From assembly GCA_964270895.1 (NCBI GenBank), contig OZ185441.1: a stretch of 64,000 nt of DNA; one strand, 5' to 3'. The notes below the pieces were generated by a model that did no database searches, was not told the DNA's origin, and was given only the letters and a program-made list of their open reading frames with translations. This document shows positions 53,851 to 64,000 of this stretch, piece after piece. The position numbers and the translations under genes are program-made. Source of the DNA: Podarcis filfolensis. Lineage: Eukaryota. How positions within the stretch are numbered: the stretch's first letter is position 1; each line of letters starts with the position of its first letter.

Positions 53851-56044
53851 AGGCCGAGATTCCTTGCTGGTGCTGAGGTTTATTTTGATTTTTTGGGGGG
53901 CGGGGAGAGACAGCCCAATTTCCACCAATATGTAATCAAACTCTAGGTTTTTAAAAAACAACCCGAAGTTAACCCGTTATCTCCCTTCCCACGTGTATAA
54001 TCCAGGCTGCACTTCCCAGCTGGCCAGAAAGGCGCAATGGGCAGACGAGGCAAGCTATACCCTTTTCAGCTAAGGCAGGGGAATTGCGGCCCTCGGGATA
54101 CTTGCAAGGCTGAAATCCCTGTCTGCCTTGTTCCCATGGCCTTGGTTGGCCGGGAGTGGGAATTCCTGGCAACATCCAGAGAGCTGCATGTTCCCCAACC
54201 AGTGTGTCCCTTTCAAATTGCTAAAGAAGAAAGAAGCTGCACTGGGGTCGTCTTGTTGATGGAAGCATCTGTGGTCTCTTAAATCGTGATCTGCGCACAA
54301 GACACAAGGGAGGGAGGTTTAGCAATGGAGCACATTCTTTACATGTGGAAGGCTTAGTCTGCAGGTAGGGTTGGGGAAGGCTTCTTTTTTTCTGAAACCT
54401 TGGAGGACTGCTGCCGTTCTTTCGCTGTATTGAGGAAGATAGGCAAAGGGTCTCACTTGATGTGCTTCTAGATGTCACAACTAGAGCCATTGCTAAATCC
54501 TGGCTGATGGCCCATATGCAAATTTAATTGAGATGTAAAGAATTATAGTTCGGAAGTAAGAAGCAGACATTGTTTATCTTTAGATTGGTATCAGAGCAGG
54601 CATGGGCTTGTGCCCCAGAGTAGTTCTTAAGTCTCTTGTTCTGTTAGGAGAAATATTTACCATTGCACCTTTCCTTCCCCTTGTGCGCCCTCTAAATCTG
54701 TTCTGAGGGTTCCCACAACCCTCCAGAGCAGACTTTGGGATTGCTAGAGGAAAGTTCCACTGCACAAGTATAAATCCTTGGGCCAGTGGAACAAGGGCAT
54801 TGCATACTTCCCATTATCTTCTAAGGCATTCCCACATTTTGGAGAGTACAGTACTGCTTAAGTACTATTTAAAATATGCATGTATTTATATTTTAAAAGA
54901 AGCTGTCCAGGGACATTTCTATTACATTAACTGATTTAAAAAAATCAGTCCAACCAATTGATCACCGCAATTTTGATAATCATATTTCCTCCTGCCTTGA
55001 AACCTAAGCAGTGAATAAGACCTCATCAGCACAACAATTGTTCCCAGGCCTTGTGGTGTATGATTGGATGCACAGGCTTCCTGGGAATGAGAAGCTCTTT
55101 TAATTTGTTGTCAAGATACCACCATACTGAGTAAGAAGTTATCCTTGCAGATAGAATAGCTGATGAGATACTAGTGGTCTTGCAGTTGTGCCTGTCTTCC
55201 ACTTGAATTGGCTATGGACCAGTTTGATTCTTTGTAGCTGAGTTGAATATTCATTATAATGAACCCCTCTGTATGTATGGGTTGAAGACATCATCTGTGC
55301 ATAGTTTTAGCACCGCCAATATCCCAGATAAGCTTTCCCTAATAAATATGTGCATGTATATAAAACCCTCAACAAGTTAGGGGTATAGGAGAAAAAAAGG
55401 AAGGCACTATTGGATACTTCGCTTTGTAGAGGGAGGCTCCATCCCTCTCTCTGTTAATGATGTGCACCTTTTTCAGATTATCCATGAGCATATTTAATGT
55501 GGCATATATGTGTGGTTTTAAATCCCACAGAGCAGGAATCTAATATGTTTACTAATGTTTGTTAGGCCAATAGAGCAGAGCTGGAATAATATTGAGCACC
55601 TTAGTTTGTAGCAACTAAGGTGGAATTTTACATTGTCCCATGCAGAGCTGGTACCTATAATTTTGATGGTGGCTCTAATCAACTAAAGTTGGTGCTTAGC
55701 TTTTTTTAAAAAAAAAAGTTCTCCAGCCCTGCTTTAAAAGGATGAGTGTGCTTGTTGCTCTTTAGGTTGGGCTGACAGATGAATCATGCGTGAACTGAGT
55801 GCTATGTTGTTCAGCAAGAGGGATGACGAGCAGTGAGTTGGGGCTGCAGTAGGATTAGACAATGCTGCTGAGAGATGGCTGTGCTGCAGTTGCTGCTTCT
55901 TAATGCTTGTCACTACAAACTGTTTGTCTTTCTGTCCCCCTTCAATGTTGGAGACCTCTTCCTCCTTCTTTAATAAACTCTCTGCCTTGCTTTTCCTGGG
56001 CTACTGCTTTGTGGATGTTGGCGGCTTCTTGTTGTGACAGGAGA

Positions 56045-56075
56045 ATGTGTGTGTGTCCTGGGCCCAGGCGGATTG
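56045..56075 (+). CDS. PDP1: PDP1 upstream micro-exon coding part (MCVCPGPRRI, phase 1); exon 56041-56075
   Basis: Acceptor GTTGTGACAG|GAGAATG and donor TTG|GTATGT. It joins in frame to 57626 (G+CA = Ala) to give MCVCPGPRRIAIPVRNPRLPLFSDA-MPAPTQ, matching the longer mammalian PDP1 N-terminus as I recall it. Confidence 0.85.
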
Positions 56076-57625
56076 GTATGTATTTTTTGTGCTCCTATTT
56101 TCTGAGTACTGTAATAGGAATGTGGAGGGATGGTAGTGGGGTTAGAAGACTATATAATGAATATGTTATTGCAGGTTATAGTACTCTGAAGGTTACTTTA
56201 AATTTGTGTTGCCTCCTAAGCTGAGTAGTTCATGTTCCTAGGATTTGAATCTTTACAAATAAGGGTTGTGAATGTGAAGCAGTACAGAGAGAAAAAATAG
56301 TGTCGTCTTCACAAAAGTATCACATTTGTGCATAATGTTGATTTGTTCAAATGTGAAAAATTAGCAGGATGTTATGCATAATAACCTATAATGAGTCTCT
56401 GACTGGGGGGAAAGAAGGTATATGAATAAATATTATAATAATATTAGTAATATTGTGCACCATAGTTTTCTTAAACCAGCTTTCAGAAACTTCTATTGGA
56501 AGGCTGGATCTAAACTTTATACAAAACAAATAAACTCACTTGAATTAATGAGTCTTTAAACAAAGTTTTTTTTAAAAAACAACAACCAGTAGGTCCTATA
56601 GTAAACTATGCACAATTGAGCAAATATCTTCTGGGTGAAAAGGGAAACTATTAAGCTTGATTATACTTAGTAGATAATATGTGGTTTATTTCAGTGGCAG
56701 CCGTTGGTAGCTTCACCTCCTCCTCATTGAACGCCTTCAGTTGTGGTTCATAAATTTGGGCTAGCCTTAGATTGGTAGTGGTAGGTAGGGTGTCATTTGA
56801 AGATGTGTTCTATATGAATGCATAGCTTAGAAGAAAAGATGGTATTGCATGCAATCCACAGCAATCACTGACTGAGGTCAGAGTAAAGATTTATTATTAT
56901 TTATCAAATTTGTTAAAGCAACAAACAAACAAGGGTTTAGAAGCCTTGAATGAAGTTTTGTAGCTCCTAAATATCTAGTAGTTATAAAACTTCAAAAAGA
57001 CAGGTGATGGGGTGCAGCAAATTTATTATAGGATATTAAGACTGTAATCCTATGCTTGTTTGGAACTAAGTCCCATTAAACTGAGTATGACTTACCTTTT
57101 GATTAAACAAATGCACATATGTATTGGTTGTACACACTTGACCTTAAATTTGTAAAAACTGAGGGAGGTGTTGGAAAAATTAACATAAGTAACAATATAA
57201 ATAAATAAAATCTTGGGCTGGATAAACTTTACTTCTCCTCACTGCCAGTTCAGAAATGGAGACTGTCTTCAAGAAGAAGTATTGGATCTCAATCTATGAC
57301 TCTGTTCTTCATACTTTAACCTTTAGTTGACTTTTCACACTCCCAATATAAGGTTCTGGTTAAGTTAGCACAGCTGTAAAAATAGGTCACTCTGTTTATA
57401 GTTCTACACAAGTATAACAGTATGAACTGAGATGTGTTCTCCTTGAGGAAATTTAGCCTTAGATTAGTCTATTAAACTTTGATTAAATGTGTTGCTGTTT
57501 TTGTCAGTTAATTGCTGTTAATTAATTGTGCATATTAAATTGCCATTTAGAATAAAGTAGTTGATATGTATTGTTTCCTTTAAAATTATTTCTAAGCTTA
57601 CATATTGCTTGTGTTTCCCCCCCAG

Positions 57626-59280
57626 CAATTCCAGTCAGAAACCCCAGGTTGCCATTGTTCTCTGATGCCATGCCAGCACCAACTCAGCTATTGCTCCCAT
57701 TAATTCGCAGTTGTGAGATTGGCAAGATATACAACACCGCATGCTACTGTCATCATAAACATCTGTGTTGCTTGTCACCTCACTTAACTCACAATCATTT
57801 GAGGTATGTTCCTCCGAAGAAGTTTGCAACACTCAGTAGGCCGAAGGAGAATTTCAGTCAGTTTATTCATGCAAGAAACTATGTATCCACACCGCAGAGG
57901 TTTTACCTCACACCTCCGCAAGTCAACAGCATCCTGAAGGCAAATGAATACAGTTTCAAAGTGCCAGAGTTTGATGGCAAAAACTTAAGTTCTGTCCTTG
58001 GCTTTGATAGCAACCAGCTTCCTGCCAATGCACCAATAGAAGACAGAAGAAGTGCAGCCACTTGCTTGCAAACAAGAGGAATGCTTCTTGGTGTGTTTGA
58101 TGGCCATGCAGGATGTGCCTGTGCACAAGCTGTCAGTGAAAGACTGTTTTATTACATAGCTGTTTCTCTGTTACCCCATGAGACTTTACTTGAAATAGAA
58201 AATGCTGTTGAGAGTGGTAGGGCCCTGTTGCCCATCTTACAGTGGCACAAGCACCCCAATGATTATTTCAGTAAAGAAGCCTCCAAATTGTATTTTAACA
58301 GCTTACGAACTTACTGGCAGGAACTCATAGACCTTAACACTGGGGAGACAACTGATGTAAAAGAGGCTTTAATTAATGCCTTTAAAAGGCTTGACAATGA
58401 CATTTCTTTAGAAGCTCAAGTAGGCGATCCAAATTCTTTTCTCAATTATTTGGTACTACGTGTAGCCTTCTCTGGTGCAACTGCTTGTGTGGCACATGTT
58501 GATGGAGTTGATTTACATGTTGCTAATACTGGTGACAGCAGGGCCATGCTTGGTGTCCAAGAAGAGGATGGATCTTGGTCTGCTGTTGCTCTGTCTTATG
58601 ATCATAATGCACAGAACGAAAGTGAGATTGCACGACTCAAAATGGAGCACCCAAAGTCTGAAGAAAAGAGTGTTGTGAAACAAGATAGACTGTTGGGCCT
58701 ACTGATGCCTTTCAGAGCTTTTGGAGATGTCAAATTTAAATGGAGCATTGACCTTCAGAAGAGAGTGATAGAGACGGGCCCAGATCAGCTCAATGATAAC
58801 GAATATACAAAGTTCATCCCACCAAACTACCATACTCCTCCATACCTCACAGCTGAGCCAGAGATAATACATCACAAATTAAGACCTCAGGACAAATTCC
58901 TGATATTGGCAACAGATGGCTTGTGGGAAACCATGCATAGGCAGGATGTGGTTAGAATTGTAGGTGAGTATCTAACAGGTGTTCATCATGAAGAACCAAT
59001 AGCTGTTGGAGGTTACAAGGTAACTCTGGGACAGATGCATGGTCTTCTAACAGAAAGGAGAGCGCGGGTCTCTTCAGCCTTTGAGGACCAGAATGCAGCA
59101 ACTCACTTGATACGCCATGCGGTTGGAAATAATGAGTTTGGTACCGTTGATCATGAACGGCTGTCAAAGATGCTCAGTCTTCCAGAAGAGTTGGCTCGGA
59201 TGTACCGGGATGATATCACAATTATAGTGGTGCAATTTAATTCCCATGTTATAGGTGCATGTCAAAATGAAGAGTTTTAA
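57626..59280 (+). CDS. PDP1: Pyruvate dehydrogenase phosphatase catalytic subunit 1 (PP2C family), main coding exon; canonical start ATG 57670 (536 aa) or 561 aa with the micro-exon
   Basis: Acceptor TTTCCCCCCCAG at 57625. MPAPTQ..STPQRFYLTPPQVNSILKANE; PP2C motifs GVFDGHAG, NTGDSRA, LATDGLWE, RDDITI. The ORF-track start at 57571 is intronic. Confidence 0.97.
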
Positions 59281-61539
59281 ATTTTAAACTGAAACGTGTG
59301 AACCAAAGTTTTCACAGAACAAAATGGCCAGTACTGACTGCATGACATGATAGTGAAACTTATTTGATTAATCTCTGGCCGTCAGAATTACAGTTGAAGC
59401 AAGTATAATTTGCACAAATCGAGCAATGGTCAAAGGGTTTTCAAATTAAGCTACCAGGAGAGCAGAACAACTTGGGACAACTTTGCACTATTAAACCTAT
59501 CTGCTTGAACAGTGGCTTGTAATTTGGGATTTCTTGGTGGAGAAGTAAAGGCTTTGTATGCATCAGTGCAATGTCTTGCAAGGCAAAAAAAAAAAATTGT
59601 GTGTTTTGTCACATGTAAATATCTGTATAGGTAGGTATCTCCAGTAACTATACAGTACATTGGAGGGTAACTTGGTTGTAAATTTGAATTTAAATAGGGC
59701 TGATGACTTTTTTATTTACAAAGTAGCTATGGTGTCTTCCCTTTAGGAAAGGAAGAGAACTTTTTAACTGGTTGGCAAATGTCTTGATAGAAGCTATCCT
59801 CTTGGTCTTGAGTAATGATATATCATTTGAAACACATGCCTAGAATACCACTGTTAAAAAGAGTAAGTCTAAGCCATAAATACCTTAAGCCTGTCCAAAC
59901 ATAGTAGTGGAATAAAATTTTGCACCAGATGACTTACTTTGAGAAGATTATATTTTGCACAGTTCAATGGGCAATAAATGATGATGAGAAAATGGGTTAA
60001 CTATGGGGGACATGCAAAACAACTTTGACTTGCATTATGAAACTATGATTCTACGTTTTCTGAAACTTGAGCTAATTTTCAATAGGGCTGCCTTGCAAAA
60101 CATGGCAAGCAGCAGTCTTGACTTGTACCAAACCTATTTCCAGTCATAAGTCCCTGGTCTTGTGTTTGAACCTAGGCAATCAGTAGTGACTTTGTAAACT
60201 AGTGTAGTCACATATGTTGTAGTTTGAGTGACAGTTTGGTTGGTGTTTTGGATATTTTAAGTATCACGACGCAAAAGCATATCCATATAACATGGTTCTC
60301 ACGTCAGCTTTTGAAGAAAGCATTGTGATAAGATTTGTAAATAGGTCAAGTAATGGGGAAACAGCTGCATGCTCCTCCTACTGGCATTCCCACATTAATT
60401 GTAACACCTTTCAAAATATCATTGTTAGTTGTGCACATTTGATTGCATCCAAAAAACTCCTAAAAGTGCATGTTTCATCACAAAGCTTTGTGCCACTGTC
60501 GCATAGAATGCTTATGAATTGTCAGAAAAAAAGCATTTTTGGCAACCACAAGTTTTATGTTCTGAAGCACAGTGTAATATTTAAGACTTCTCCCAATATA
60601 AAAACAAAATAAATTGCTTTTTTTGCTAGTATTAAACTGTAGTATAGCTATGATAGAAAGCATTATGCAAACATTACTTTGACTAGCTATTGTCTAAATA
60701 TGAAGCACTTGTAGATAAAATTACCATTCTTTGTGCTTCTCTAAATAGCTAATAAGCATTCTACTTTAAATCTTCCTCTTCACATAGCTATTGAGCTGAC
60801 ACATTCTGAAGAATGTTGGTGTTCTTGACCATGTGGATGCTTAAAAAGAGAGTCAAGGAATAGTGCTTCCAGAGTATTCCTGTTACAAAATACTTTATTG
60901 CAGCACTTAAGTTCCTTAGCAGTAATGTTCCCTTTTCTTTTTTCTGTGCACTGAAGGACATACTTGCTTATAAAGTAACAGCTTTGAAAATGCAAGTGTC
61001 AGAAGATATTCTTACTTCATATGCTTATGAAGTAACCTACACATTCGAAGTCCTGTCCATAGCTTTGACAATTTGTTGTTCTCCCTTTGTGTGCAAGAAA
61101 AATAATTAAGTTATCCTATTTTTCCAGACCCTAACCTGAATGTTTTTATTGTGCTAATGACAAAACCAAGCAGCTTATAATCTTCATTGCCTTTGTACAT
61201 GCAATATGACTAAATATCATTGGCTAGGTCAATTTCTTTTATTTTATGTGTTGACTACAAAATAATTCTAAACTGTTACATTATCCAGACTTCCTTATGT
61301 TACTTGTGAAATGTACAGTACGTGTAAATGTCTTATTTTGGTTTGGTACTAGTCTTAACAAATTGAACCCTCATCCTGTATGTTTAGCACTTGGTGTGGG
61401 GGCAACTTTGTAAAATGCAAGGTGAACAAGATTTAACTGAAGACTCCCAAAATATGTATGCAATGAACTGAAACAGCATTGTGGCTTTCTGAACATCACG
61501 TGATAAGATCTTAAGAACAAATATCTTTTAGTAAACTTC

Positions 61540-61545
61540 AATAAA
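61540..61545 (+). terminator. Candidate PDP1 distal polyadenylation signal
   Basis: AATAAA about 2.26 kb after the stop, following a repeat-free 3' region. Alternatives at 59911 and 61735. Confidence 0.4.
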
Positions 61546-62118
61546 ATTATTATATGAATATCAATGCATTAGAGTTGTTATTAGGATTCATTGAACTATT
61601 GGTTTGCCTTTCTGAGATGGTGTAAAGTGTCAGATTTGATCAGTGGATTTATATCCAAAATAGCAGAATTAATGTGTGGTATTATGAAGATGCACACAGT
61701 AAAGCTGTCCTGTCTCAAGACAACCTGCAATTGGAATAAATAGCTGGGTATATGAGTTAGAACAGAACTAGTTTTGCTTTTTTCCTTTGCCTTGTGCACT
61801 GATTTAGTTTCCTTCATTTTATTTTGTTGCCCCAAATTCACAGTAGGTGGAGTATGTGGCTTTGGGCTGCATTTTGGGAAACAGCTGAGGCAATGGGGGC
61901 ACAATGTTGTTCAGATACTGGCTTTAAGGAAAAGCAAACTTAAAAATATATAGTAGTGAATAAGGAAATTGGACTTCAGTAGTTTCACAATAAAACTCAA
62001 GCAAGGGGGAGCTTTGTGAAACAAGAGCCCTGCTATTCCCTCCCATGTGATTGTTTTCTGGTCATTCCCTTCAGTAGGAAAACAAGTCTCATTTCAGTTA
62101 TGCTCTGATAGCATATCT

Positions 62119-62254
62119 CAGGCTTCCTCAACCTCAGCCCTCCAGATGTTTTTGGCCTACAACTCCCATGATCCCTAGTTAGCAGGACCAGAGGTCAGGG
62201 ATGATGGGAATTGTAGTCTCAAAACATCTGGAGGGCCGAGGTTGAGGAAGCCTG
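62119..62254. mobile_element. hAT-type MITE, 136 bp, near-perfect hairpin
   Basis: TIR CAGGCTTCCTCAACCTC; perfect 8-bp TSD GCATATCT; interior shared with the 32238 element. Confidence 0.92.
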
Positions 62255-63619
62255 GCATATCTTATGTTCGGGAGGGCATTCTGTGTGTAAATGGTGCCTT
62301 CCCTTGAGCTAAATGATTCTAATGTAGGGTACATGTTAAGTAACCCTGTTTAAAACCCGTTTAACTTCCCCATTGACTTTCCAAAGGGGAAATGGGAATA
62401 GTGAAATTAGCCATTCATTGGTGAATTTGCTGGAAAGCTGCTGGGTACCCATATAAATGCCAGAAGTCATTATTTTACTGAAGTCTCCATTTCATGGCTT
62501 TTTCTATGTCTGCTAAACTTGCCCTACTTCATCAAACAAATTTCCAAATAGTTCCTTAGATATTTCCAATAAAAAAGTACACATATGCTGTAAGGTGCGT
62601 TGATAATAAGCATGGTTACTTAGTAAATGTTCTTAGGACTGCATCCTTAATTGGTAAAATATTTTGGGTATATTTTTCAATTATGCTCTTAGGATTTCTA
62701 ACAGGAATTTAAGACCATACATTGTGTTTATGCCTGAAGTAAAATAGTAAATGCTAAAGATGTTTTGCTAAATGCATTTTGCCTTGCTTCCTGGCTTCCC
62801 ATTATTCTTCAAGAGATACTTTTAAAGGTTGCTTGCCTTCTGAAAACTGGCTTTTACATTAGGGCTGTTTTAGTCAGGATTTTTTCCTTCCTCCACCCAG
62901 GAGTACTCCACATGACGTATGCACGGCTGCTATAGCTTGGTCTGTCAGGATTCCTTGGATAATCCACTTCAGTTATATATCTCAACTAAATATAACTTAT
63001 GCAGAGGTTTCTCCCCTTTTCTCCTAACCTTCAGCAAGTGCATTTGATGGCACGAAGGCTTAGTGTAGCATTATTGACTAACTGCAATCTGTTATGACAT
63101 CCAGTAATTTAATTACTGTTTTACATAAGCTAAACTTTACTAGAGGCTAGTTCTTTCTAAGCAGTGCTAAAAAAATAAAGTTATGGAGAAAATGGTTTAA
63201 CACCTTTGGGTGTATTTCTGTCTGAATGTACCATATTGATGGGAAGAACATTATGTTCAGAACAAAATAACTGTTGGCCAGAAAACACTTTCCTGTGCAC
63301 GGCTCTATGTATTAAGAAGAACTAGCTTACATAAAATTATTTTACTCTTTTTACATATTAAAACATGGGGGGAGGTTTGCTTTTTATTTACCCACAGTAG
63401 ATCCCTAGAGATACCCACCATCCTTTGATCTAGTATAATTTCAGAAATGTGGGGAAAATTCTGAATTAAATTTCTAACGACTTATGATCATATTTATAGA
63501 ATGGAATTCTAATATCTGTATGCGAGGAGGCCTGCGCTGCAAGATTGTTCTAGCTCCTCAGAAATGTTTCAGCTGCTTACCACAGTCTTAATTCCCATGT
63601 TCCACTCGAAACAGACATG

Positions 63620-63950
63620 GCTCACACATCAATTGGTATCTTGGATCAGACCAAGGGCCTATTTAGTCCAGCATCCTGTTTCTGAAGGTCTTAACTAGAT
63701 ATCTACGAGAAGTCAAAAAGCAGCAGAGCAATAGCCCTCTCCCACTGCTCTTCTCCAGCAAATGGCATTCAGGACATGATGCTTCTCCAGAAGGCATATT
63801 TAGCCATCCTGACTAGCAGGCATTGAAAGCCTTACCCTCCATCACAAATTCATTTAATCCCCTTTTAGAGCAATCTAAGTTGGTGACTGTCACCACACCT
63901 GGAGAGAAATTGCTCAGCTATGTCCTGGGTGAAAAGGTACTTATGTCTAC
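63620..63950 (-). mobile_element. CR1 LINE 3' end
   Basis: GGATCAGACCAAGGGCCTATTTAGTCCAGCATCCTG reversed-tail motif. Shorter copies occur at about 7036-7150 (-), 23040-23210 (+) and 28500-28570 (+). Confidence 0.6.
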
Positions 63951-64000
63951 CCAGGATATCCCATGCAGATTTACTGAATGACCTCATAAAGCTAGATAAA

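Noticed and set aside
52600-53960. Cluster of overlapping 60-118 aa ORFs at the PDP1 promoter
   Set aside because: Same CpG-island artefact; no family resemblance.
57571-57625. ORF-track N-terminus MFPLKLFLSLHIACVSPP of PDP1
   Set aside because: It lies upstream of a clear acceptor (TTTCCCCCCCAG at 57625) and is intronic.

Overview
Vertebrate genomic DNA, most likely a squamate lizard. Sauria SINEs with (ACCTTT)n tails plus squamate-type CR1/L2/MITE repeats suggest a lacertid, but this is an inference. The window holds three intact protein-coding genes in the order I recall for human 8q22.1. (1) RBM12B (- strand) has a single coding exon, 3049-5337, encoding 762 aa with five RRMs and an unusual SRSP tandem repeat. 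(2) TMEM67/meckelin (+) has 28 coding exons traced by hand, 9974-40809; all introns are GT-AG, the phases are consistent, and the CDS is 2955 nt (984 aa). (3) PDP1 (+) has a main coding exon at 57626-59280 plus a 35-nt upstream micro-exon encoding MCVCPGPRRI. Introns and intergenic DNA contain many SINEs, LINE fragments and small DNA-transposon MITEs, several with perfect target-site duplications (TSDs) and nested insertions. I found no clear wholly new gene system. The best leads are: a frame-compatible upstream TMEM67 exon at the RBM12B divergent promoter; the lineage-specific RS-like repeat in RBM12B; an inverted MITE pair bracketing an in-frame 546-nt TMEM67 exon block; and an RFX X-box overlapping the TMEM67 start codon. 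Orthology and family names rest on recognition from memory, not on database searches.
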